In this document: positions 41,755 to 55,451 of the stretch, in pieces
How the letters are laid out: every line of letters begins with the position of its first letter
Position numbering within the stretch: the stretch's first letter is position 1
Translations under genes and position numbers: made by a program
Origin: Octopus vulgaris
Lineage: Eukaryota
Assembly (NCBI GenBank): GCA_951406725.2
Contig: OX597819.1
Span: forward strand, 8,184,001-8,248,000
Reading direction: 5' to 3'
Length of the DNA: 64,000 nt
Notes under the pieces: generated by a model
Told to the model about the DNA's origin: nothing
The model's input: only the letters and a program-made list of their open reading frames with translations
Database searches by the model: none

Positions 41755-42158
41755 CGCAGGAGTGGCTGTGTGGTAAGTAGCTTGCTAACCAACAACAATG
41801 TTCCGGGTTCAGTCCCACTGCGTGGCATCTTGGGCAAGTGTCTTCTGCTATAGCCCCGGGCCGACCAATGCCTTGTGAGTGGATTTAGTAGACGGAAACT
41901 GAAAGAAGCCTGTCGTATATATGTATATATATATATGTGTGTGTGTGTGTTTGTGTTTGTCCCCCTGGCATTGCTTGACAACCTGCTGGTGTGTTTACGT
42001 CCGCGTCACTTAGCGGTTCGGCAAAAGAGTCCGATAGAATAGGTACTGGGCTTACAAAGAATAAGTCCCGGGGTCGATTTGCTCGACTAAAGGTGATGCT
42101 CCAGCATGGCCGCAGTCAAATGACTGAAACAAGTAAAAGCGTAAAAGAGTAAAGAGTA
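41752..42158 (+). mobile_element. SINE family B, full length
   Basis: AGGCGCAGGAGTGGCTGTGTGG head through AAAAGAGTA tail. Confidence 0.93.
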
Positions 42159-42358
42159 TAGAGAGAGTAGAGAGAGAGAGAGAGAGAGATAGATAGATAT
42201 TTTATATACATACATATACATTCGAATATATATATAAATGTGTGTGTATGTATATATATGTGTGTGTGTGTGTGTGTGTGCAGAGAGACAGGAAGATAGC
42301 GAGACAGAGAGAGACAGAAAGACAGATAGATAGAAAATCAGATAGATAAATAGATATG

Positions 42359-42433
<75 letters not shown>

Positions 42434-42471
42434 GTAGGTAGATAGAGATAGATAAATAGATAGATAGATAG

Positions 42472-42550
<79 letters not shown>

Positions 42551-42551
42551 G

Positions 42552-42624
<73 letters not shown>

Positions 42625-43427
42625 CATACAGACAGATAGACAGATGAATGATAGTGAGTTGTGACTGGGAGAGGAACGAAGAGGAAGTTTACGGTGAAGG
42701 GAGTGGGGTAAAAGGTGGAGGGGGAGGGTAGATAAATTAACAAGTTGGCATGGCATTAAGAATTTCTGTCTTATCTTATTATCTTCGTCATTTTGCTGTT
42801 TATAAATATTTTTTTCAAATTTTTTGTTTTGTTGTTTACTAATTGTTCACGTGGTCTAGTAAGGATGATACACAATACCTAGCAATAAATTTATGTCTGC
42901 CCTTTGAAAAGTAAAACCCACCCCAGTACCCCCTTGTCGTAATGGTTTCCCAGCAGGATTAGCTATCATATCTCTCTATTTCTTATGCACCTTTAATCTT
43001 CCTCTCTCTCTCTCTCTTCCTCTCTCTCTCTTCCTCTTTCTCTCCCTCCACTCTCCGTACAACCGTACTCTCCCCACTCCATTCCACCTTAGTCACTCTC
43101 CACATCACCTCACTCTTTACTCCCCATGTCACTGTACTCTCCACTCCCCATATCACCTTACTCTCCAACACCACCCGTTGCCGTCACATAATTCTTCATC
43201 ATCTGATATATTATCACTGATATCTTTTTTCTTTAATGAGCTCAAAAAGAAAAAAGAAAAAAAAGCCAAGGCAAAGCAAAATGTATAGATCGAAGTTTTC
43301 CATAAACCATTCACCCAAACACACAAGCACTCACACGAACATGGACATATACACATGCACATACATTCACGCATACATAAACGCATGTGTACATAAATGC
43401 TCTATAGTATATAATTTAAATACAAGG

Positions 43428-43516
<89 letters not shown>

Positions 43517-44023
43517 TTCATACAAACATGTGTATCTATTTCACCGTCTCTTTCTTTCTACCAGTAGGTGTGCGTATATGTATATATACATTTAAACGCA
43601 GGTGTATGTATGCATGTGTGGTGTATGCGTGTTTGTGCGTATGTGTGTGTGTGCTTGCGTGCATCTACATGAAAAGCGCAAATGGAAAACTCTGAGTAGT
43701 GTTCAAGATAAACCTTACATTCGAATACTCTATGTATTCGATGCATACATACATTTATAAATGTATAGAATCACACACAAATATATATATACGTAAATTT
43801 ACACACACGCACATATATATATATATATATATATATATGATAGAATAAGATGTTTATTATGGCTGATACCTTAATGGTTATTTTTGTGAGAGCATATATG
43901 GGCTCAAATATATGCAGATATTTACGTGCAAATAAATATGCCTATAATATGCGAACAAGTGCGCATACACCAAAATGAGTGAATGCATGTATGTATGTAT
44001 ATCTATATATATATATGTGTGTG

Positions 44024-44071
<48 letters not shown>

Positions 44072-44418
44072 TATAAATATGTGTACACATGCACAGACAC
44101 AGACACACATATATTATATATATATATATATGTATGTATGTATGTATGTGTGTGTATGTATGTATGTATGTGTGTGTATGTATGTATGTATGTATGTATG
44201 TATATCTAGATTCTTGTAGTCAGTCAAACATAAAGGGAAATATACATAAATCATACCTTGCGCATTGCTACATGCGAAGTATCATATTTGCACGCATCTA
44301 TAGCTATTCTTACACACACACGTCGTAGGATTACTTTAAGCATACACATCTACATACATACACACATACACACATACACACAAACACACATATTTATATG
44401 TATATATGTATATATATG

Positions 44419-44477
<59 letters not shown>

Positions 44478-44506
44478 GCTTATGTGTGTGTATGTGTGTG
44501 TATGTT

Positions 44507-44567
<61 letters not shown>

Positions 44568-45375
44568 TTATGTGTGTGTATGCGTGTGTCTGTGTGTATA
44601 CAAACATTGACATAAACTCTCACGTACACAATATTTCCACTCCACTAACACACATGCACACATATATACCATATACGTCGTCCGATTGCTTTTTTATTTT
44701 TATTTCTAATATCATCTAATAGTTCAAGTGACAGCCATTTTTTTGTTAATGATTGTATCGCTATCGCTTTATTTTTGCTTTATTTTATACAATTTCTTGT
44801 AGTTTGTTGATGAAGATTTGAAGATGAAGAATAAAAAAGAAGAAAAAGAAACGAGAAAAGAACGAAACAAAATACAATTTGTTAAAAATTACTGAAGGTT
44901 CTTGTAGTTTATTTCGCTACTCTTCAATTTTCTATACTGTATTAGATGTGAAATGTTATATTTTCTGAATGTTGTAAATGGATTAAAGACAAATGAATAT
45001 ATTACATTCAATTCATTTATACCTTTTAAAATAATACTTAACAATTGCAGTTTATTTTTATGTAAATATAAATGCAAAACTTCTTTTTCTCTATAAATCA
45101 ATGCCTTTATTTCACAAAAACTAAAAGCCACTGGGGACTGGAAAGTATTATAAAAGAGAATCTATCATTTTTACAAATGTTAAAACGAGAATTAGAAATG
45201 CTAAGAAATGTAATAGAAAACATTATGGCAACAAATGTAACACACACACATACTCACCTATGCATATACATACATACATACAGATATATATATATTTATA
45301 CATGTATATGTGTGTATATATAAATATGTGTATGTATACATATGCATACATATACATATATATATACATATATAT

Positions 45376-45427
<52 letters not shown>

Positions 45428-45907
45428 GCGAATATGCATGTGTGAATATGGGCGTGCGTGTGTGTGTAAAAGAGAAAAAAAGAATTTCAAACGTATTAAC
45501 AAATTTAATGAGACAACAATACTACTGTCACGAGACCAACAAAGTAGAATGGGAACTAGATAATGACAAATCGAAAATATGTTAAGATGCACCTTCCTAA
45601 AGCTTTCTACCATGGCAACGCCAGTGGCGATGAGGTTGGGGTTATAAGTAACCTATGGAAAGTGCTCAAATAAGCTACTATTGATATTTGAATAGAAGTG
45701 TCTCTGAAGATTTTCAAAACGCCAAATACAAACGATAAAGATAATCGGGCTGGGATTCCGAGATACTTCACATAAATATCTAAAATATATCACTTAAAAC
45801 ATACGTTAATTCCGTGCGTATAATAAAAATAGCAATGAACTCGCTTACATCAATGTACGCACTCTGATACACCTATTTCCACATACATTTACGTAAATAA
45901 GTATCTA

Positions 45908-45969
<62 letters not shown>

Positions 45970-46836
45970 ACACATGCGTACAAGTACACACGCATACACA
46001 TACGCATGTATGTTTATGAATGCATATATTTATACATACGTGTGAGTGTGTCTGAGTGTGTATCTAATCAAACGGTCTATAGCTTTGAACTTATCAGTAA
46101 AATATATAAAATCAACACATATTCTGTAGAAATTTAATTGAACTGCTCACAACTGTCCTGTTTACGATATATCAGTAACCACTATATTTCTAAAGCTTAT
46201 TGTAATTCTACCTAAAATTATCCATACAAACTTATACATACACACGTACGCATAAAGGGAGCAAATTCTTTCAAATACAAAACAATATAGAAAATGCATT
46301 CTCGCAAACTTACAATATATAAATTGCCATGTTTAATACAGGGAGTATGAAAAGTTAGCTAGAAATAGTTATGAAGTGTTAAAGGAATATTATTCAATGA
46401 CTTAGCATTGGTTTAATTACTGTACAAGAGACTGCTCCACTTACGCTTTGATCTTATTCTGTCCTTATCAGAGAACTGTAGATATGAATTTAATTAGTGA
46501 AATAGTGCATAAGTTGGTGTGCAAAGGCAATATTGTTTAGACAATAAGTAACTAATAGATGCCTTACATATGAAAACTATATTTCAGTTAATATCAGCAT
46601 ATTTAATCTATCTTAATTTATTATTCAGAGAGAAAGAAAATTCAAGGGCAATAGTGGTCAATAACTATTATTAATTTTTCTTTTCCGGGTAGTACTGGAC
46701 ACAATTGAGAATCTCCGTAAGACTTATATCTCCAGTGAAGTACAACTTTTATCTCTGTTTCCGAACAATGATGAGAGAAACATAAATACCAACAGATGCA
46801 CATAACTGCTTGCTATGATGAATACTTAAATACATT

Positions 46837-47250
46837 TACTCTTTTACTCTTTTACTTGTTTCAGTCATTTTGACTGCGGCCATGCTGGAGCACCGCCTTT
46901 AGTCGAGCAAATCGACCCCGGGACTTATCCTTTGTAACCCCAGACTTATTCTATCGATCTCTTTGGCCGAACCGCTAAGTGACGGGGACGTAAACACACC
47001 AGCATCGGTTGTCAAGCAATGCTAGGGGGACAAACACAGACACATAAACATATACACACACACTTACATATATATATACATATATACGACAGGCTTCTTT
47101 CAGTTTCCATCTACCAAATCCACTCACAAGGCATTGGTCGGCCCGGGGCTATAGCAGAAGACACTTGCCCAAGATGCCACGCAGTGGGACTGAACCCGGA
47201 ACCATGTGGTTGGTTAGCAAGCTACTTACCACACAGCCACTCCTGCGCCT
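46837..47250 (-). mobile_element. SINE family B, full length
   Basis: Near-consensus copy. Confidence 0.93.
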
Positions 47251-47476
47251 ATCTATCTATCTATACAGGAAAATATTTTTGTGCGTTTATCTTCAAGTAA
47301 GCTTACGCAGAAAGACAGTAAATATAGTCATAGGTAATCGCAAATTTTCTAATCACTTTGTTACATCTGTATATAGCATGCAAAACTGACACCTTGGGTA
47401 TTTTCTCTCGGCGCTATGGTTGATTTTCATTATCTACATGACTATTGTCCCTATCTCTCTCTTTCTATCCCTACCC

Positions 47477-47614
<138 letters not shown>

Positions 47615-47703
47615 GGAAAGTTTACGAAAATAAACAAAAGACGAAGGAAGGTGGAGTGCAAACAAACAAATGTATTAGTATAGCGCTCAGGAATAGAAAA
47701 AGT

Positions 47704-47739
47704 CTTTTACGTTTCGAGCCTACGCTCTTCGACAGAAAG
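47704..47739 (-). ncRNA. Minimal type-I hammerhead-like motif (A6U core) in insert 47591-47797
   Basis: Minus strand reads CTTT-CTGTCGA-A-GAGC gtag GCTC-GAAA-CG-TA-AAAG; helices I and II pair perfectly and helix III is the palindrome ACGT. Confidence 0.65.
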
Positions 47740-47797
47740 GGACACATAAAAAACAAGGAGAGAAACAAGGAGAGAAAAAATGCGTGTAGGAGCTAAT

Positions 47798-48481
47798 TGA
47801 TTAATCTATATTTTTGTTACTTTTCATTTGTCTTGCTCGCTTACGTTTCAGGTGTGCTAAATTTTCTGGAGAACAATTCTTAGTGGTTGAGACCATAGCG
47901 GATCTTCTTCTAGCATAAGGGTTTCCAGATAGCGGTTAAAAATTCCCTCTTATATTTATGTATGAAATACTATTTACTGAATCTCAGTTTTTTTTATATG
48001 CTAGACCACTGGTGTTAAAATTGATGTTATCAAATTAATCTTCATTTTGATTTTAATTTTAAATTAATACGTTCTCAAACCGGCGAAAACTACTGCAGTG
48101 AATTATTTATGCAGTATTTATTTCGGTAATTTAGCGCGCCTAAACGAAGACTTTTGAAAATAACCGCAAATGTAATAGGTGGAACTACACGGATTTTCGA
48201 CCTCGTGTTGATATCCGGCGTGAGGTTCTACAAATTATATCTTGCATAGAGGATCACACTGACGATCTACAGATAAGTTGTGTAAGTAAAATTACGTAAT
48301 TTGTTGATAGTGAAACAATTGTTTATGATTAATCTATATTTTTGTTACTTTTCCTTTGTCTTGCTCGCTTAAGTTTCAGGTGTGCTAAATTTTCTGGAGA
48401 ACAATTCTTAGTGGTTGAGACTATAGCGGATCTTCTTCTAGCATAAGGGTTTCCACATAGTGGTTAAAATATTCCCTCTTA
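47798..48481 (+). mobile_element. Retrozyme-like 1.3-mer of a 528-bp unit with a hammerhead at 48253-48329
   Basis: 47798-47955 is repeated at 48326-48483. The HHR reads ATCACA-CTGACGA-TCTA...TAGT-GAAA-CAATTG-TT-TATGAT. The element ends in (TA)n. Confidence 0.75.
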
Positions 48482-48485
48482 TATA

Positions 48486-48517
<32 letters not shown>

Positions 48518-48554
48518 CATTTATATATACACACACACACATATTTATATATAC

Positions 48555-48585
<31 letters not shown>

Positions 48586-48869
48586 AACACACACACACAT
48601 ATATTTATAGGAATTTTGCAAAGGTACGTGTGGCACTTACGATCAGGAGTTCCTGGTTTCGATTTCCAGACAGGGCTGTGCATTATATTCTTGAACAAAG
48701 TTCCTCGTCTCTCATTATTTTGATATATGACACGTGGCACTCTTGCACACTTGTAGCACAGGCAATGTCGACTCGACAAACATATGTGAATACTGAATAC
48801 TACGCTATTATCCTTGAGATATCCTGTCATATAGGCGTTTGGTGCGTAAGAGCACCATACACCAATCAC

Positions 48870-49262
48870 CTATATGTGAACATCCAAATACCTCAACATT
48901 GTTCTCGCACCCTAGTCGCTTCCCTCCCCCACATCTACAACACTAAGCATGCTCTCCGTGTCTTCTGTTCACTCTTGATATCAAGAGTTTATATACGGTG
49001 GCCATGGGAACAAGAATGGACCCCACCTATGCGAATCAGGTTGTTGGCTATATGATGGCCAAAATATTCTCACAATTCACTGGTCCCACTCCCTAAAAAT
49101 ACGGTCATTATATCGATGACTGTATCGGCGCGACATCAATCTCCCGCGAACAACTAGACTCCTTCCTCTCTTTTGTCCAATCCTTCCATACTGTCCTCAA
49201 ATTCACCTGCACTATCTCTAACCTTTCTGTCGAATTTCTCGACATTTTTGTCAGAATACACC
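48870..49262 (+). pseudogene. Penelope-like RT fragment
   Basis: Translation VAMGTRMDPTYANQVVG...GHYIDDCIGA...LKFTCTISNLSVEFLDI. Confidence 0.82.
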
Positions 49263-49269
49263 ATATATG

Positions 49270-49342
<73 letters not shown>

Positions 49343-49344
<2 letters not shown>

Positions 49345-49572
49345 TACGAAGATGTACTTGCATAACAAGTGATCTGATCTGAGATCGTGTGCTGGAACGA
49401 AAACAATTGCAGCACGGACAAAATTCCGTGTTGCACGGAATTTTGCCTGTGAACAGGTCGCGGTCACAAAGCGATGAAAATATTTTGACAAATTAAATTT
49501 AAATGTTGAAGTGAATCTAACGGTTTTTGTGTGTTTCTTAAATGGCTTATAAACACCTTCCACGCTGCAATT
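49343..49572. repeat. Microsatellite-embedded insert with inverted repeats
   Basis: AATTGCAGCACGGA (about 49405) pairs with TCCACGCTGCAATT (about 49559); internal hairpin GCAGCACGGA caaat TCCGTGTTGC. Confidence 0.6.
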
Positions 49573-50055
49573 ACATATATATATGTAACACTAACCTCCC
49601 AGTAGAGGGCTTTTTACGTGACACAAACACGGGTAATGTCAGGTTTCACAAGGTTTTTACAGCTGGATGCCCTAACAAACGCCAACCACTTTGCATTGTG
49701 GATTGGATCCTTTTTACGCGGTATCAATACATTAACCACTTTTAAGACTTGCTAAATTAATGAGAATAGGTTTGCTGAGATGTTATGAAACAGAAACTTC
49801 CTTCTCATTTACTTAAGATGAACAGTATTATAGCATTGTTTTTATTTTCTAAATATTTCAGGTAGCTGATATGGTAGCTTGTGGTTTTCATGCATTAAAA
49901 CCACACAAAGTAGATATCGCCAATAAAGTACAAGGAGACCCTCTGTGAATGGAAGCTTTACATCCTACTACATATCTGAGACCCTAACACAGGCGCAAAT
50001 AATGGTATACAATTTAGCATAGGTGTCAATATCACAACTTATTATTTAGGGTATG

Positions 50056-50460
50056 TCGCTTATATAAAATCCGTTCTGTCTGTCTGTGTGTGTGTCTTCT
50101 AGGATTTCGGGCATCCTCCATTCGATTGCGCTCAAATTTGATATGTAGATACCGATGGTATCAGGGCGTGTATAAGTCTTGAAAAAATTACAAAAATTGA
50201 TTCCATGTGAGAATGTGATCGATAAAGCCGTGGGAATGTGCACTTGTACGCGCAAGTACATCAGCTGTTGCGATCGATACTACGTGTACGCGAGAAAAAT
50301 GCACGTGCAGTTTGCGCACAGAAAGCCAGCCTGTTTGGTGTCTCAAATTTAGGTTAAATCAGTGTTTCTCAAAGGGGAAGCCTATGGGACGGTCGGACGA
50401 GCTGTTTTGAGAAAATTTGACAACTCAGCACCGTCCATTGGACGAGGGACATTTTGCTCG
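50056..50460 (+). mobile_element. Probable second non-autonomous Helitron family (H2)
   Basis: 5' TCGCTTATATAAAAT followed by a (TCTG/TG) run as in H1. 3' hairpin CGTCCA t TGGACG precedes ...TTTTG-CTCG|T, a CTAG variant. Single copy only. Confidence 0.6.
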
Positions 50461-50759
50461 TCTATATATATATATATATATAAAAAGCATTTTACAAATT
50501 GTAACACATACAATACATGGAAACTTTTTGCTATTCTGATTCTGGATAGTAAATTGTTGAAATAGTGTCTTATAAAATTATAGCTAGACGGATAAATAAA
50601 TGAGGTACTGTACGAGATATTAATATTTTTATATTTGAACTCGCATTTATAATGATTTTTATCATATTTTTAATGTTACAGCCAGAATAGTTTCAATAGC
50701 ATTATAGTCCACGGATAAATTAATAGGCCCTCATACATATACAGCTGTTGATTATATAT

Positions 50760-51170
50760 ATTTCTTTAATACCCACAAGGGGCTAAACATAGAGGGGACA
50801 AACAAGGACAGACAAAGGGAGTAAGTTGATTACATCGACCCCAGTGAAAAACTGGTACTTTATTTATCGACCCCGAAAGGATGAAAGGTAAAGTCGACCT
50901 CGGCGGAATTTGAACTCAGGACGTAGCGGCAAACGAAATACCTATTTCTTTACTACTCACAAGGGGCTAAACATAGAGGGGACAAGCAAGGACAGACAAA
51001 GGGAGTAAGTCGATTACATCGACCCTAGTGAGAAACTGGTACTTTATTTATCGACCTCGAAAGGATGAAAGGTGAAGTCGACCTCGGCGGAATTTGAACT
51101 CAGAACGTAACGACAGACGAAATACCGCAAAGCATTTCGCCCGGCGCGCTAACGTCTCTGCCAGCTCGCC
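50760..51170 (-). mobile_element. SINE family D, tandem 1.8-mer with a 15-bp TSD
   Basis: Units at 50943-51170 and 50760-50941; GCTGTTGATTATATA at 50744-50758 and 51171-51185. Confidence 0.88.
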
Positions 51171-51349
51171 GCTGTTGATTATATAGATCAGTATTGGGTC
51201 CCGAGATCCGTGCAGCCTCCTGCAGCCTCGAGCATCACCGGACAACAAGCATAAAGCATAAAATGCCCATGTTCTCGAAAAGACGCTGATTATATTGTGT
51301 ATTTTAATAGAATTAAACGAAGAAATATGAGATAAAATCATATGATATG

Positions 51350-51565
51350 CGAAGGGGTGCTGAAAGGTTCCTGGGTTTAAGGGTATCGCGGAAGACCTGG
51401 TTGGAGGCCCAACTTTCCAAGTTCTTTTAGTGGGCTTAGAAAAACTTAAGGACCGCTGCAAGATGAGTGTGAATCTGATAGGGGAATATGTGGAATAAAG
51501 TCATAATTAACTGATCCGCCCGTATTTTCTTTTACCCACAGTCAGGAACTTTTCAGCACCCCTCG
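51350..51565. mobile_element. Mariner-derived MITE
   Basis: TIRs GGGGTGCTGAAAGGTTCCTG and CAGGAACTTTTCAGCACCCCTCG-TA. Confidence 0.85.
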
Positions 51566-51701
51566 TAATATAATGTAATATAATATGATATGATATAATA
51601 TAATATAATATAATATAATATATTATAATATAATATAATATAATATAATATAATATAATATAATATATTATAATATAATATATATATGTAAAACTGGCCA
51701 T

Positions 51702-51861
51702 AGTCGCAGGAGTGGGTGTGTGGTAAGTAGCTTGCTAACCAACCACATGGTTCCAGGTTCAGTCCCACTGCGTGGCACGTTGGGCAAGTGTCTTCTGCTA
51801 TAGCCCCGGGCCGACCAATGCCTTGTGATTGGATTTGGTAAACGGAAACTGAAAGAAGCCC

Positions 51862-51928
<67 letters not shown>

Positions 51929-52164
51929 AAAAAGGAGATGTGGAACACGAGTTGTGATATATAAAAAAGGAAATGAAGAAAATGCTGACAAAATAATTTA
52001 AGTAATTTAAGAGGAAAAAATATATCAGAAGTAACTCTATCTCTCTTAAAAAAACATCTTTTGATAAGCATAACAAATGCGCAACCGGTAAAAAGAACAT
52101 TCACCTAATTAAATTACTTAAATTACTAAATTATTTTGTCAGCATTTTCTTCATTTCCTTTTAT

Positions 52165-52261
<97 letters not shown>

Positions 52262-52468
52262 TGTGTCTGTGTTTGTCCCTTTAGCATTGCTTGACAACCG
52301 ATGCTGGTGTGTTTACGTCCCCATCACTTAGCGGTTCGGCAAAAGAGGCCGATAGAATAAGTACTGGGCTTACAAAGAATAAGTTCCGGGGTCGATTTGC
52401 TCGACTAAAGGCGGTGCTCCAGCATGGCCGCAGTCAAATGACTGAAACAAGTAAAAGAGTAAAGAGTA
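51702..52468 (+). mobile_element. SINE family B split by a fold-back insert (51925-52165) in its internal TA tract
   Basis: Halves at 51702-51865 and 52255-52468. Insert arms AAAAGGAAATGAAGAAAATGCTGACAAAATAATTTA and its reverse complement at 52129-52162. Confidence 0.88.
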
Positions 52469-53140
52469 AAATGTATTAAGTAGTCAAGAAAGTTCTTGGG
52501 GAATTTTTTATTTGGGTTTTAAACCATGTATTTTCAGATTAATTTTCGTTAAATTACTTTGACTTTATATATCATTTTAAAGCTCGTTTTTCGCTCTATC
52601 TAATCGTGTTGCTTTTTTTTTTAATTATTGGGCCATAAGGAATGAGGCGGAAGTTCCGAAAAACCAGGTAAAGTAGCTAATATTGTTGGTACAAGAAGGA
52701 CAAATAATCTTTTATATTCAATTACCTGTATATGAAAAGTGTAAACAGAAAACTGACAGGAAACGTACGCCAATACTCTCACACACAAAGTAACACGCAA
52801 ATACACAGACACACACAGACACACACAGACACACACACACGCACCCATACACACACATACACACACGCACGCACAAACAAATACATCTGCAAACTGATGC
52901 AAACACACACACACTCACACGCACATACACTTAAATAAGCCTCAGATGCAATACGAAGATGAAGACAGATTAAACAAAGATTGATTTAAAAATGAAGAAG
53001 TGTGCAAATGGCGAATAGCATATCAAATAGAAACGTTAACACAAATCAAAATATAACACATGCCTGATCATCACCATGTAAACCACCACATATAAGCGCA
53101 CGCACACACACATACACACTGTCAAATATATATACATAGC

Positions 53141-53221
<81 letters not shown>

Positions 53222-53224
<3 letters not shown>

Positions 53225-53391
53225 CGCAGGAGTGGCTGTGTGGTAAGTAGTTTGCTAACCAACCACATGGTTCCGGGTTCAGTCCCACTGCGTGGCATCT
53301 TGGGCAAGTGTCTTCTGCTATAGCCCCGGGCCGACCAATGCCTTGTGAGTGGATTTGGTAGACGGAAACTGAAAGAAGCCTGTAGTATATA

Positions 53392-53469
<78 letters not shown>

Positions 53470-53690
53470 AGTGTGTGTGTATATGTTTGTGTGTCTGTGT
53501 TTGTTCCCCTAGCATTGCTTGACAACCGATGCTGGTGTGTTTACGTCCCCGTCACCTAGCGGTTCGGCAAAAGCGACCGATAGTATAAGTACTGGGCTTA
53601 CAAAGAATAAGTCCCGGGGTCGATTTGCTCCACTAAAGGCGGTGCTCCAGCATGACCGCAGTCAAATGACTGAAACAAGTAAAAGAGAGT
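53222..53690 (+). mobile_element. SINE family B, full length
   Basis: Near-consensus copy. Confidence 0.93.
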
Positions 53691-54505
53691 ATATATATAT
53701 ATGAACGTATATCGTATATATTATATGTTAATATGTGTATAACATATGCATGTGTATATATATATATACATATATATATACATACATATATGTGTGTGTG
53801 TATACACATAAATACTCAAATTCACATACACACATACAAGTATATGTATGTACATATATGTGTGTATGTGTATGTGTATGTGTGTGTGTGCTCACGCGCA
53901 CACAACTATCGACGTATAAGTATAAAATAATAGACATGGTAAACCAAAAATTATCCCTATAAATACACATTTGAAAAACCATAATACTTACACTATATAT
54001 ACACACACACACTTACACACAAATACATATACACACAAGTATGTATATATTTATGCACACCCACACGCATACATACATGCATACATACATACATGCAAAT
54101 GTATATGCACAGAGCGTGAGGAAAGGAGAGAGGGTGTGAGAAACGATGAGAGAGAGGGAAGACTATAGCGTATATATGTGTGATTCTCTGTACGTGTGAC
54201 TATGCGTAAAAGATAGGAATGAATAGGCTATTATTTTTGTTATATCATAAATCTCCGTTTCTTTCTCCCACTTTTCCAATTTTTATTACTCAGACCACTT
54301 TATGTATTGATCAATTAACTGTATTCAGCTAAAAAGTATTTCAAAAATACAATGTATACGTGGATACAACCGTACGTTCTTTCCTACCTACCTGGTTTTG
54401 TAATTCTAAGGGAAGTAACTCAAATGGAATATGAAGTAAAGAGTTGTGATTTTGGTGGTGGTGGCGGTGACTTTGTTGTTGATAATGATGAATGGAGGGA
54501 AATAC

Positions 54506-54540
<35 letters not shown>

Positions 54541-54798
54541 AAGAGAGAAAAGAGAAAGAGAGAGAGATTTAAACACAAAAAGAGAGAGGGAGAAGGGAGA
54601 ATATCATGGCGTAGGAAAGATTGCGACGTCACTGTGTCTTTAGTTATCTCATTTTCTTATCCATTTTTAGAGTCATAACTACAATCACACAAACAGTCTT
54701 CTACTATAGTCCCGGGCTGACCAACATTTTTTAAAGGATTTGGTGAGGGAAACTGAAAGGAGCCTGCCGTATACAACATGTACGTGCGTGTGTATGCA

Positions 54799-55194
54799 TA
54801 CTCTTTTACTCTTTTACTTGTTTCAGTCATTTGACTGCGGCCATGCTGGAGCACCGCCTTTAGTCGAGCAAATCGACCCCGGGACTTATTCTTTGTAAGC
54901 CCAGTACTTATTCTATCAGTCTCTTTTGTCGAACCGCTAAGTAACGGGGACGTAAACACACCAGCATCGGTGGTCAAGCAATGCTAGGGGGACAAACACA
55001 GACACACAAACACACACACATACATATATATATATGTACATATATACGACAGGCTTCTTTCAGTTTCCGTCTACCAAATCCACTCACAAGGTATTGGTCG
55101 GCCCGAGGCTATAGCAGAAGACACTTGGCCAAGATGCTACGCAGTAGGACTGAACCCGGAACCATGTGGTTGTTTAGCACAGCCACTCCTGCGC
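54799..55194 (-). mobile_element. SINE family B, nested in an older opposite-strand copy (54695-54772 and 55220-55410)
   Basis: Young copy flanked by the 5' and 3' halves of a diverged copy. Confidence 0.88.
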
Positions 55195-55409
55195 CACTAT
55201 ATTTTTAGCTTTTATATTTGTGTTTGATCCCTTGACAACCGGTATTGGTTTTTAAACTTTTCCTTAACCTAACATTTCGGCAAAAATATCGATAAAATAA
55301 GTACCAGATTTTAAAATTTAAGTACAGGGGTCGCTTTGTTCGAATCCCTTTGAGCCTTCAAAGTGGCGCCCCAGCATTCCCGTTCTCCAATGACTGAAAC
55401 GAGTAAAAG

Positions 55410-55450
<41 letters not shown>

Positions 55451-55451
<1 letters not shown>

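Noticed and set aside
43160-43240. Possible minus-strand exon (SSLKKKDISDNISDDEELCDGNGWCW) with AG and GTAAGG-like ends
   Set aside because: Isolated, with no recognisable homology or partner exons, and it adjoins low-complexity purine repeats.
47798-48481. LTR retrotransposon / TRIM interpretation of the direct repeats
   Set aside because: No TG...CA termini, PBS, PPT or TSD; the boundary coincides with an HHR site instead.
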